Shown here one piece after another: positions 18,541 to 27,761 of a DNA stretch of 64,000 nucleotides. Positions within the stretch are counted from its first letter, which is position 1. Each line of letters starts with the position of its first letter. This DNA is from an uncultured Gammaproteobacteria bacterium. GTDB taxonomy: Bacteria > Patescibacteriota > Patescibacteriia > S139-126. The position numbers and the translations under genes are program-made. The notes beneath the pieces were generated by a model. It made no database searches. It saw only the letters and a program-made list of their open reading frames with translations, and was not told where the DNA came from. Where the stretch lies: NCBI GenBank assembly GCA_964493305.1, contig CAZBLW010000002.1, forward strand, positions 142,812 through 206,811, read 5' to 3'.

Positions 18541-20226
18541 TTAATAATTTAATTCAGAAAGAAAACCGTCTAATTTCTTATTTATTGATTCGCGCTCTTT
18601 TTCAAGAGATTTCAGTTCCGTCCATACAGTTTTTACGTTTATAAATTCTTTATCTTCTGATGAATCAATATACTGACTTATGTTTAAGTTGTAATCATTT
18701 TCAGTGATTTCCTTTATATCAACTACCCGAGTATATTTTTCAATATCGGAATATCCATCGTATGCTTTTACGATTTTATTTATATCTTGTGGTCGTAAAG
18801 AATTCTGATTTTTTCCCTCAAGAAAATCTTTTTCTGCATCAATAATCAAAACCTTATTCTTTTTGTTTTCTGGCTTGTTTTTATTGAGGATAAGAATAGC
18901 CGCTGGGATGCCCGTGCCATAGAAAAGTTTAGCTGGTAAAGCAATAACAGCTTCAATTAAATCATTCTTAAGAATTTGCTCACGAATACGACCTTCGGCA
19001 CCACTACGGAATAAAACACCATGCGGAAGAACAATGCCAGCTCGGCCGTTTACATTCATCGATTTAATAATATGCAAAACAAAAGCATAGTCGGCATTTT
19101 TTTCTGGAGGCATATCATAACCTTCAAGTCGACCATATTTATTTGTCTTAAATATTTCTGATTCCCAGTCCTTGATCGAGTAGGGTGGATTTGCAACGCA
19201 GATATCAAATGTTTGCAAATTGCCATTTTGTGTTAGAAATTGAGGATTCGCGATTGTATCGCCACGACGAATATCAGCACTATCAAGACCGTGCAAAAAC
19301 ATATTAATTTTTGCAATAGCAAAAGTACTGATATTTAATTCTTGTCCGTAGAGATAAAGTGTTTTAGCAATTTTCTCGCCAGATTTTTGCTTTAGATAGT
19401 CGTATGCTTCAAGCAGGAAACCGCCTGATCCAGCCGTTGGGTCATAAATGTGATCTTTTTGATGAGGCTTTAAAATTCCGATGATAACTTTTTCAACTTC
19501 ACGAGGTGTGTAGAACTCTCCACCTTTTTTCCCTGCATCTGCGGCGAATTGTTTAATGAGATATTCATAGGCATCACCTAAAAGATCGGAACTGATATAG
19601 GTGTTACCAAAATTATATTGAGAAAAATGATTGATAAGTCTTTGAAGTGTTTCGTTTGGAAAACGATCTCTGTTTGAGAAATCAAGATCATCAAAAATTT
19701 TGTCCAGTTTCGGACTATTGGCATTAGCAAGTTTTTCAAAAATATCATTTAACTTTTGACCGATACTTTCCGCTTGTTCGGTAATAACATTCCATCTACA
19801 ATCTTTTGGAACTTGAAAACGGTGGTTATAGTCAGCGCCGGCAATTGTCTTATCGTTATACTCTTTCATTATCGACTCGTACTCTTCGTCCCACACATCA
19901 CTCATTCTTTTATAAAACAAAAGCCCGAAGATGTATTTTTTATAATCCGAGCTGTCTATTTTTCCTCGAAGGATGTCGGCACTCTTCCAAAGAAAAGCTT
20001 CAAGCTGAGGTAAGGTAAGTTTGCTACCCATTTTATCCACGATCGCTTGAATATCCTGTGGGCGATATTTGCGATCTTTGCGTGGACCAACTCTAAGGGG
20101 AACAAGTGTGCCGTCCTTTTCCCAGTTTCTTAAAGTATCTTGGTGGATGCTAAAAATCTCTGCTACCTGACCGATAGAGAGTAACTCTGGCATTCCTTTG
20201 AGTTTTTCTTGGATGTCTTTTCTCAT
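18541..20226 (-). CDS. hsdM: Type I R-M methyltransferase M with N-terminal MerR-like HTH
   Basis: LWKSADILRG, GEFYTP, DPTAGSGG, ANPPY; N-terminal IGQVAEIFSIHQDTLRNWEK; ATG at 20226. Confidence 0.93.
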   Translation of the reverse strand: MRKDIQEKLKGMPELLSIGQVAEIFSIHQDTLRNWEKDGTLVPLRVGPRKDRKYRPQDIQAIVDKMGSKLTLPQLEAFLWKSADILRGKIDSSDYKKYIFGLLFYKRMSDVWDEEYESIMKEYNDKTIAGADYNHRFQVPKDCRWNVITEQAESIGQKLNDIFEKLANANSPKLDKIFDDLDFSNRDRFPNETLQRLINHFSQYNFGNTYISSDLLGDAYEYLIKQFAADAGKKGGEFYTPREVEKVIIGILKPHQKDHIYDPTAGSGGFLLEAYDYLKQKSGEKIAKTLYLYGQELNISTFAIAKINMFLHGLDSADIRRGDTIANPQFLTQNGNLQTFDICVANPPYSIKDWESEIFKTNKYGRLEGYDMPPEKNADYAFVLHIIKSMNVNGRAGIVLPHGVLFRSGAEGRIREQILKNDLIEAVIALPAKLFYGTGIPAAILILNKNKPENKKNKVLIIDAEKDFLEGKNQNSLRPQDINKIVKAYDGYSDIEKYTRVVDIKEITENDYNLNISQYIDSSEDKEFINVKTVWTELKSLEKERESINKKLDGFLSELNY

Positions 20227-20239
20227 ATTGTTTAATATA

Positions 20240-20268
20240 AGTCTATCAGACTCCAAATATAAAGTCAA
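20240..20268 (-). promoter_or_regulatory. hsdM promoter with overlapping palindrome
   Basis: TTGACT-17bp-TAGACT on the minus strand; AGTCT-N3-AGACT at 20240-20252. Confidence 0.55.
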
Positions 20269-20339
20269 ATGTTCATAGGTTTTCATAGGTCTGTATAGTA
20301 GCTTAACCCTGAAAATACGGGTAATTTACTTGTCTACAG

Positions 20340-20390
20340 GTTATCTACTCGGGACGCTCTGGACTCCTTTGGGGATTGGCGTCATTCATT
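20340..20390 (+). promoter_or_regulatory. Conserved element upstream of the recombinase (copy 2)
   Basis: Near-identical to 2450-2500. Confidence 0.6.
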
Positions 20391-20396
20391 AGATAT

Positions 20397-21722
20397 ATGA
20401 AAATAACAGCCCCAAAGGGCTATGAGGTGGCCCAAATACAGCCTCAAACGGTCAAAGTTAGGTATTGCCTGTATGCCCGTAAATCAACAGAATCGGAGGA
20501 AAGACAGGTACTTTCCATTGATTCGCAGATAAAAGAGATGCTTCAGCTCGCTGAAAGAGAGAATTTGGAGGTGGTTTGTATGAAGCGTGAGAGTCATTCA
20601 GCCAAGGAAACTGGACAAAGACCGGTCTTTAACGAGATCATTGAAGAAATACGAGTCAAGAAGTATAACGCTATCCTCACCTGGGCACCCGATCGTATTT
20701 CAAGAAATGCCGGGGACTTAGGAAAGATTGTGGATTTGATGGATGCAGGACTTCTACAAGAAATCAGAACCTACGGACAAAAGTTTTCAAACAATCCAAA
20801 TGAAAAATTCTTGCTGATGATTCTTGGATCACAGGCAAAACTTGAAAATGATAACAGAGGCGTAAATGTAAAACGCGGACTACGAACAAGAGTGGAAATG
20901 GGATTGTGGCCAGGAGTGGCACCGCTCGGATATTTGAATCAAAACTTAATGGATAAGAAATGCCAAGTGATTATTGATCCGCAACGTGCGTCGACAATTA
21001 AGAAAATGTTTGAGAAAGTGGCGTATGAACATTACTCAGGTAGAAAACTATATAATTGGTTACGCCATGAACTTAATTTCTATACCCGAGGAAACAAACC
21101 ATTAACACTGAGTGGAATATATAGAATCTTGGATAATCACTTCTATTACGGAACGTTTGAATCGCCGAAAGGTAGTGGTAATTGGTATCAAGGAAAACAC
21201 GCACCGATCATAACACAAGAATTATTTGAAAAAGCTCAAGCGCAACTAAAACGAGATAATATACAGCGCGAAAATAAAGAATTTGCCTTTACTAAACTAT
21301 TCACTTGCGGATACTGTGGAAGTGGAATATCTGCCGAAGAAAAATGGAAACAACTCAAAGATGGAACGCACGCAAAATACATCTACTACTCTTGTAGTAG
21401 AGCGAGAGATAGAAACTGTAAAAATCACTATATACGAGAAGAAGATTTAATAACCGAATTACTTAAAATACTGGATAAAGTAAACATTAATGAGTTGGGT
21501 ATGAGACAAAAATTGGAAGATGAGATAGCGAGATTCAATATTTTTCAAAGATCGGTACTTGGTGCAACGGAAAAGATTAAAAATAACCAAGATACTGATA
21601 TACGAAACTTCGCCAAGTATATTTTGAAAGAAGGTACAGTTGGCGAGAAAAGAGAGCTACTGGCGAATCTGAGATCGAGAATAATTTACAAAGACAAACA
21701 ACTTACGCTGATTGAGGAATAA
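20397..21722 (+). CDS. Large serine recombinase (integrase) of element B
   Basis: YARKS, DRISRN, Zn-ribbon; collinear and highly similar to 2508-3848. Confidence 0.93.
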   Translation: MKITAPKGYEVAQIQPQTVKVRYCLYARKSTESEERQVLSIDSQIKEMLQLAERENLEVVCMKRESHSAKETGQRPVFNEIIEEIRVKKYNAILTWAPDRISRNAGDLGKIVDLMDAGLLQEIRTYGQKFSNNPNEKFLLMILGSQAKLENDNRGVNVKRGLRTRVEMGLWPGVAPLGYLNQNLMDKKCQVIIDPQRASTIKKMFEKVAYEHYSGRKLYNWLRHELNFYTRGNKPLTLSGIYRILDNHFYYGTFESPKGSGNWYQGKHAPIITQELFEKAQAQLKRDNIQRENKEFAFTKLFTCGYCGSGISAEEKWKQLKDGTHAKYIYYSCSRARDRNCKNHYIREEDLITELLKILDKVNINELGMRQKLEDEIARFNIFQRSVLGATEKIKNNQDTDIRNFAKYILKEGTVGEKRELLANLRSRIIYKDKQLTLIEE

Positions 21723-21754
21723 TAAAAATACACGAGTTGATCGTGTATTTTATT
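21721..21754. terminator. Bidirectional terminator
   Basis: AATAAAAATACACGA/TCGTGTATTTTTATT inverted repeat between convergent genes. Confidence 0.7.
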
Positions 21755-21761
21755 TAACTAT

Positions 21762-22229
21762 TTAGATATGTATAGCTTGCTTAATAGCTGATTCTAGTTC
21801 GCTTGGAACATCTGTTCCTATGCGATAAATTTTTCCATTTCTCATGATTATTTCTACCGCATCAAAACCAGAAACATTGTAAATACATATACGTGGCCAA
21901 AACCAAACCCTCAAACCCCAGCCGTAATACCAATGATTCTTTACTTGCTTGACTGATGCAATTTCACTTAATAGAAACTTTTTTCTAAAAAGTCCATAAC
22001 CAAATTTAATTCCAATATATTTTTCATCAATAGATACCGTTAGCGTTGTAACTGATGAAAGAGTAAACAAAATTAAAACCATTATGGCCGTAACGAGAAA
22101 ATTTGCGCCAGAATCAGTAGATGGTGGCTCAGATCTTACCGTATACTGAGCCCATGCAAAAAGAACCAGCACAGCTAATGTGACTATTATCATCAGGTAT
22201 CCAATTTGAGTGTGTTTATATGAAGTCAT
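21762..22229 (-). CDS. Hypothetical membrane protein (two TM helices, bacterial PH-like domain)
   Basis: Two hydrophobic segments followed by WYYGWGLR...YNVSG.DAVEI...GTD. Confidence 0.7.
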   Translation of the reverse strand: MTSYKHTQIGYLMIIVTLAVLVLFAWAQYTVRSEPPSTDSGANFLVTAIMVLILFTLSSVTTLTVSIDEKYIGIKFGYGLFRKKFLLSEIASVKQVKNHWYYGWGLRVWFWPRICIYNVSGFDAVEIIMRNGKIYRIGTDVPSELESAIKQAIHI

Positions 22230-22232
22230 ATT

Positions 22233-23042
22233 TTAATTAATTGTCTGCACTATCCGATCAACAGTGGAATCAATATCAAAAGCTTCTCTTTCATTGGTGC
22301 ATGCTTTTCTTGGTTCCTCGTCGTAATTATTACAATTAGGATATTGTAGAGTAAAATTAATTTTTATAAGTTTGCCATTCTTAGCGATAGTGTAAACATA
22401 GGAGGAATAAACACTACCGGCCGCACCCTCGTTTTTTATGTTTACACAATAAGTTCTGTCATCAACCATCCTCTCCGAAGTTATATCCGACATACTACTT
22501 ACTTCCTGTGGTGTAGTTTTACATGAATATGTTCCAGTCTCAATTTTTATACTCGGTGGCCATTCCGTAACGCTTACATATTTCGCCAATAACTCTTTCG
22601 GATATTGAAACGTTATGCCCTGATCATTAGTGGTCGTTGTCCATAGATTATGGTTGGAATTATTGTTGTTTTCAGTAATAGTCCAGAGCGAATAATAGCG
22701 ACTGTAATATCTGTGAGTAGCAACGGCGGTTTGTCCTGTTGTAGACTTAAAAAAATAACCGGAACCCATTTGCTCGGTGAATTCGTATCCCTTGGCTTTC
22801 ATAAAATCATGTATCACAGTCCCGTTTTTACTTTCGGTCATAAATTTGCTATCCGAACCCGACAACTTCACGATATCACTATCGCTAAATTTTAATTTAA
22901 CTATGCCCTTAATCTGTGGCCAAGGATTGCCTTCTTGAAAAATTACTGAGGAATATAAAGATAGAAAAATACCTGCAATTAAAATGATTGCGGAGACAAG
23001 CAATAATATCTTTTTATTTTTTGAGGAATGTTCAAAAATCAT
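22233..23042 (-). CDS. Hypothetical secreted or membrane-anchored protein
   Basis: N-terminal TM segment, several Cys residues, GAAGS motif. Confidence 0.7.
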   Translation of the reverse strand: MIFEHSSKNKKILLLVSAIILIAGIFLSLYSSVIFQEGNPWPQIKGIVKLKFSDSDIVKLSGSDSKFMTESKNGTVIHDFMKAKGYEFTEQMGSGYFFKSTTGQTAVATHRYYSRYYSLWTITENNNNSNHNLWTTTTNDQGITFQYPKELLAKYVSVTEWPPSIKIETGTYSCKTTPQEVSSMSDITSERMVDDRTYCVNIKNEGAAGSVYSSYVYTIAKNGKLIKINFTLQYPNCNNYDEEPRKACTNEREAFDIDSTVDRIVQTIN

Positions 23043-23047
23043 AGTGA

Positions 23048-23230
23048 CTATTTTTTATTCTTGCCTCTGATCACAATAACAACAGTGGCAATAATTAGAA
23101 TAAGACCTATTCCTTGTAATCCAGGGCTATCGTCAAATTCACCAAATACAATAAAAAATACTCCCAATAATATTGCTAAAACTTTTGGGATCCAATATAA
23201 GATCTTGGTTTTTATATTAGAGTTGTTCAT
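23048..23230 (-). CDS. Small 2-TM membrane protein
   Basis: 60 aa, two hydrophobic helices, GEFDDSPGLQGIG loop. Confidence 0.6.
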   Translation of the reverse strand: MNNSNIKTKILYWIPKVLAILLGVFFIVFGEFDDSPGLQGIGLILIIATVVIVIRGKNKK

Positions 23231-23331
23231 TCACTTATATTATATCTCAAAAATTGACTTTATTAAAGAACCACTTTTTTACAAAAATAAAAATAGCGAT
23301 CACAAAGTCGTTGTTTTTATTTACAATTTAT

Positions 23332-23398
23332 TAGGCACTCGGGTCGCACATTCGTCATAGACAAATGGGTTGACTCCGATAATAAATTGTCTTGGCGG
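23332..23398. repeat. tRNA-proximal att end of element B
   Basis: Matches 3900-3965; core TGGCGG is the tRNA 3' end CCGCCA. Confidence 0.8.
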
Positions 23399-23486
23399 AG
23401 AGGGAGGGATTCGAACCCTCGATAGGGATTTAAACTCCTATAACAGGTTAGCAACCTGCCGCCTTCAGCCACTCGGCCACCTCTCC
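23393..23486 (-). tRNA. tRNA-Ser(GCT)
   Basis: GGAGAGGTGGCCGAGTGG...GCAGG-TTGCTAA-CCTGT, long variable arm, GGTTCGAATCC, encoded CCA. Confidence 0.97.
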
Positions 23487-23562
23487 GTAATTAGAATATT
23501 GAATCTAGAATAAAGAATATTATTAAAATACCAGGTTATTGTAATGAAAAATATTATTGGTG

Positions 23563-24222
23563 TCAATTTTTAGCCAATACCAGCCCGATTACTTTGATTG
23601 CTCCATTTTGTCGTAAAACTTTAGCTGCTTCATTAAGACTCACCCCAGTCGTAACTACATCATCAACTAAAAGTATTTTTTTGCCAATAATTTTTTGTTT
23701 ATCTACTATCGTAAAAACACCACTGATATTTTTTAAGCGTTTTATTATATTTAGTTTAGTTTGATGTTTGGTGTATTTTTTTCTGATCAAAGTTTCACCA
23801 ACCACTGGTATATTTAAGTATTGGCCAATAAATTCGGCCAAAATTTTACTTTGATTGAAACCTCTTTCCAAATAGCGCCGTCGGTGCAGAGGCAGGGGAA
23901 TAATTATAAAATCAGCTAAAGTGTGGTTTAATTTATTTTTTTTCAAATAGCTAACCGTCAAACTAGCCAAAATTTCTCCCAAGTGTTCTTGGTAGTGAAA
24001 TTTAAAAAGGTCAATAAGTCTAGCTAAGATTTTATTGGCATAGAAACTAGTTACATGGACTTGATCCAAGTAGTCCTGAAATCTAATTTTTTCCGGAGGC
24101 TGACTTGATCTAATGGGAATTTGTTTTAGACAGTGAGGACAGATAAATTCGCCCAAAACTTGACAGCCCAAACATTCTTTTGGGAAGAAAAGAGATTGTA
24201 AAAATGAAAAAAAATTTTTCAT
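23563..24222 (-). CDS. comF: ComF family phosphoribosyltransferase-like competence protein
   Basis: N-terminal CxxC..CxxC, RGFNQS, LLVDDVVTTG. Confidence 0.9.
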   Translation of the reverse strand: MKNFFSFLQSLFFPKECLGCQVLGEFICPHCLKQIPIRSSQPPEKIRFQDYLDQVHVTSFYANKILARLIDLFKFHYQEHLGEILASLTVSYLKKNKLNHTLADFIIIPLPLHRRRYLERGFNQSKILAEFIGQYLNIPVVGETLIRKKYTKHQTKLNIIKRLKNISGVFTIVDKQKIIGKKILLVDDVVTTGVSLNEAAKVLRQNGAIKVIGLVLAKN

Positions 24223-24230
24223 TAACCTTA

Positions 24231-26702
24231 TTATTTTATTGCCAGTTTTTTGTTACGTAGGGAGATGTGGAAGGTTTTTTTATCAGCATGTTGCAAAAAA
24301 GCATCAGCCAACAATTGTCCTAAATATTTTTCTATGTTTCGTCTGATTTCTCTAGCGCCTTTGTTTTCACCCGCACTGATGTTAGCCAAATAATTTATGA
24401 CCGAGGGAGTAAAATTTATAGTGAGTTGTCGTTGTTGTAAATTGCTGATAAGTTCAGCCATTTGCAATTTAACAATTCTCTTTAAGCTGGTTTGGTCTAA
24501 AGGATTGAAAACTAAGATTTTATCTAAGCGATTTAGTAGTTCTGGTTTAAACTCTTGTTCCAATTCTTGAATGACCTGTTGTTTGACTTGTTGGGTAGAA
24601 AATTTTTGGCCTTTTTTATCTTGATCAAAGCCAAAAGTTTGGGCTTGATTGAATTTGTCTGAAGCTAAGTTGGACGTCATAACAATAATACTGTGTTTGA
24701 AATTTATTTTTCTACCCTCAGCATCAGTCAAATTACCTTCATCCAAAATTTGCAATAGTAGATTGAAGACATCGGGATGTCCTTTTTCTATTTCATCAAA
24801 AAGTATGACGGTATAAGGACGACGTCTGACTGCATCAGTTATTTTTCCGCCTTCTTTGTAGCCAACATAGCCAGCTGGAGCACCGATTAGTTTGGATATA
24901 TTGAAACTTTCGGAAAATTCTGACATATCGATTCTAATCAGCGCTTGTTCACTACCAAAGTATTCACTGGCCAAACGTTTGGCTAATTCAGTTTTACCAA
25001 CTCCTGATGGACCCAAGAACAGAAAACTACCAATTGGTTTATTTTGTGTAGCTAATCCCAGTTGCGCTCTTTTGATAACCGCACAAACTTCAGCTATTAC
25101 TTCATTTTGTCCAATAATATATTTGTTGAGATTTTTTTCCAAATTGGCAATTCTTAAATCAGTTTGTTGATTTAAATAGGTTAAAGGGATGTTGGTTATC
25201 TGAGTAACTACTTGACTGATATCTAATCCAGTAATTTTCGGTTTTTGTGGTGGGTTGGCAACAAGTTTTTTTTCTATAGTTTGGTATTCTTTTTTAAATT
25301 TATATTCCTCATCTTTCAACTTTATCGCCAAGTCATAGTTTTCTTCAGTGATAGCTTGATATTTACGTTGGGTCACGTCTTTGATTTTGTCTGCCAAAGC
25401 AAATAATTTTTTTTGTAAATTTGAATGTTTATGTCTGATTTTTGCCCGGCTAGCAGCTTCATCTATCAAATCAATGGCTTTGTCAGGTAAAAATTTTTCT
25501 GGTTGATATCTGATAGATAGATCAACCGCCAATCGTAGGGCTTCATCCAGGATTTCTACTTGGTGAAACGATTCATAATATTGTTTTAAGCCTTGTAAAA
25601 TTGCAATAGTCTGTTCGCGATCAGGCTCATTTACTTGAATGGTTTGAAAGCGACGTTCCAAGGCTGGATCTGATTCGATATATTTTCTATATTCATTCAT
25701 AGTGGTAGCACCGATACATCTTATTTCGCCGCGGGCTAGGGCGGGTTTAATAATATTGGCCGCATCCATAGTGCCGCCGGTAGTTGAACCAGCGCCAATT
25801 ATATTGTGCAATTCATCGATAAAGATAATAATGTCCGGATTTTGTTTTATTTCCTCTAAAACGTTTTTTAGTCTGGCTTCAAATTCGCCCCGGTACATGG
25901 TACCGGCTAACATCAATCCTAAATCCAAACTAAGAATTTTTTTGTTTTTCAAAATTTCCGGAACATCACCCAAGGATATTTTTTTGGCCAACCCTTCAAC
26001 TATAGCAGTTTTACCTACGCCGGGATCACCCAAGAGTAAAGGGTTGTTTTTATTGCGTCGTGAGAGAATTTGAATCAGACGATCAATTTCAGTTTGTCGG
26101 CCAATCACCGGGTCAATCCGTTCTTGGATTTGCTGATTGGTTAGATCGGTAGAAAATAGTTCCAACAAACTTTTTTCTCTGGTTAGATTTTTTTGTTCAA
26201 ACATTTTTTCATCTTGCATTGGTCCTCCCATAAGATCGGAAAAAACATCATTAATATCAGAAAAATTTGAAGTTGAATGCAAAACCGCTTCTAAATTGTT
26301 TTTTAGTCTGGCAAAAGAAATGTTTTTATTTTTAAATAGTGTCAATATTTTATCATCCGGCATAATTATCAAAGCCATGAGCAAATGTTCAGTGCCCACA
26401 TAAAGGTGACGATACTCAAAAGCTAAATTTAGCATTTTGGTAATAATTTTTTGAGCATCAGCTGAAAGTTCCAAAGTGATGATGCGATTGTTCAACGGCT
26501 GATCAGAAGCCGTGGTGTTTTCTGCCAAGCCGTTTTTGTGTAGTATTTCGGCCGCTAGACTACCGGGTTGTTTGAGAATTCCTTGCAACAGATGAATTGG
26601 CTCCACAGCAGTTAGGTTTTCTTGTTTAGCCAAGAATCCCGCAATTTTTAAGACGTTTTTTAGATGTTTGGTAAATTTGTTGAATATATCGGAAGTAAGC
26701 AT
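24231..26702 (-). CDS. clpC: ATP-dependent Clp protease ATP-binding subunit ClpC
   Basis: Clp N domain, GDPGVGKT and GPSGVGKT AAA modules, UVR coiled coil, GAPAGYVGY. Confidence 0.92.
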   Translation of the reverse strand: MLTSDIFNKFTKHLKNVLKIAGFLAKQENLTAVEPIHLLQGILKQPGSLAAEILHKNGLAENTTASDQPLNNRIITLELSADAQKIITKMLNLAFEYRHLYVGTEHLLMALIIMPDDKILTLFKNKNISFARLKNNLEAVLHSTSNFSDINDVFSDLMGGPMQDEKMFEQKNLTREKSLLELFSTDLTNQQIQERIDPVIGRQTEIDRLIQILSRRNKNNPLLLGDPGVGKTAIVEGLAKKISLGDVPEILKNKKILSLDLGLMLAGTMYRGEFEARLKNVLEEIKQNPDIIIFIDELHNIIGAGSTTGGTMDAANIIKPALARGEIRCIGATTMNEYRKYIESDPALERRFQTIQVNEPDREQTIAILQGLKQYYESFHQVEILDEALRLAVDLSIRYQPEKFLPDKAIDLIDEAASRAKIRHKHSNLQKKLFALADKIKDVTQRKYQAITEENYDLAIKLKDEEYKFKKEYQTIEKKLVANPPQKPKITGLDISQVVTQITNIPLTYLNQQTDLRIANLEKNLNKYIIGQNEVIAEVCAVIKRAQLGLATQNKPIGSFLFLGPSGVGKTELAKRLASEYFGSEQALIRIDMSEFSESFNISKLIGAPAGYVGYKEGGKITDAVRRRPYTVILFDEIEKGHPDVFNLLLQILDEGNLTDAEGRKINFKHSIIVMTSNLASDKFNQAQTFGFDQDKKGQKFSTQQVKQQVIQELEQEFKPELLNRLDKILVFNPLDQTSLKRIVKLQMAELISNLQQRQLTINFTPSVINYLANISAGENKGAREIRRNIEKYLGQLLADAFLQHADKKTFHISLRNKKLAIK

Positions 26703-26764
26703 ATAAATAAATTAGTTTTGGTATAAAGATTATAGAAAAATATAGCTATTTTGGCAATCAATAT

Positions 26765-26793
26765 AAAAAAACCCTGAAATGTATCAGGGTTTT
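26765..26793 (-). terminator. Terminator after htpX
   Basis: AAAACCCTGA/TCAGGGTTTT hairpin. Confidence 0.65.
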
Positions 26794-27667
26794 ATGCCAT
26801 GTTTCGTAAAGCTTTTATACGGTCTTCAATAGGCGGATGAGTTGAAAATAGTTTAGTTATAGCTGCCTTATTACTAAATGGATTAGCAATATACAGATGA
26901 GCAGTAGCTTTGTTGGCGCGTTTGATGTCTGGTTGGTAAGAGATTTTTTCTAGCGCCCTAGCTAAACCTTCTGGGTATCTAGTTAGTAGTGCTCCCGAAG
27001 CATCAGCTAGAAATTCTCTTTTTCTGGAAATGGCCAATTTTATCAATTCAGCAAATAGGGGAGAAAGTATTGCTAGCACTAGTCCAACCAAAGCAAAAAT
27101 TGCCCCGTTGTTTTGTCTATTGTTAGAGCTGCGAAAAAAATTGAAACGTAAAAACCAATCAGCCAGCAAAGTCACGACGCCCACCAAAACAATCACTAGC
27201 ATCATTAGTCTAATATCATAATTTTTTATGTGTGATAATTCGTGAGCAATTACTCCTTCCAGCTCTTCATTTTCTAAAGCTTGGATAATACCAGTAGTCA
27301 AAGCAATTGAGGCGTGTTCTGGGTCTCGGCCAGTAGCAAAAGCATTTAAAGCAGAATCATTGATGATGTAAACTTTAGGTATAGGAACCCCGGCAGTGAT
27401 TGCCAGGTTTTCTACCAAGCGATAAACATAAGGATTGTCGTTTTGCGCGATGGGTCCAACGGCACCAGCTGTTTTTAGAGCTATAGTATCACCTTTATAA
27501 TAGCTAGTTAAAGTCATCACAATTGATACAACCACTGCTACAATCAAGCCATTGTAACCATAACCAGTCGCTTGACCGATTACATAACCCAAAAAGATTA
27601 CCAAAATAGTAAAAATGGTAACTAAGAGTAGACTTTTTCTTTTATTGGTATCAATTTGGGAATACAC
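26792..27667 (-). CDS. htpX: Zinc metalloprotease HtpX
   Basis: NAFATGR, VIAHELSH, REFLAD, STHPP. Confidence 0.93.
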   Translation of the reverse strand: MYSQIDTNKRKSLLLVTIFTILVIFLGYVIGQATGYGYNGLIVAVVVSIVMTLTSYYKGDTIALKTAGAVGPIAQNDNPYVYRLVENLAITAGVPIPKVYIINDSALNAFATGRDPEHASIALTTGIIQALENEELEGVIAHELSHIKNYDIRLMMLVIVLVGVVTLLADWFLRFNFFRSSNNRQNNGAIFALVGLVLAILSPLFAELIKLAISRKREFLADASGALLTRYPEGLARALEKISYQPDIKRANKATAHLYIANPFSNKAAITKLFSTHPPIEDRIKALRNMA

Positions 27668-27761
27668 AAAAAATTATAAATTTTAAATTATCCCGCCACT
27701 TCAATATATTATAATAAAGCGGGATCCCGCCAAGGCGGTGATAAATTTTACAACAGATAAA

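Larger units (their letters stand above)
3966..23398. mobile_element. Integrative element B (defence island) inserted at the tRNA-Ser(GCT) 3' end
   Basis: Bounded by the TGGCGG core repeats at 3960-3965 and 23393-23398; contains LSR, ParB-MTase, TerS-like, R-M and TA genes. Confidence 0.8.

Noticed and set aside
2508-21722. Assembly duplication of the LSR/MTase genes
   Set aside because: The copies differ at many synonymous and non-synonymous positions and have different neighbours.
23028-23360. 110-aa + strand ORF
   Set aside because: Antisense to the small membrane gene and runs through the terminator and att arm; likely spurious.
1-23398. Complete prophage
   Set aside because: No portal, capsid, tail, lysis or replication genes within the window; only a terminase and a phage-type MTase.
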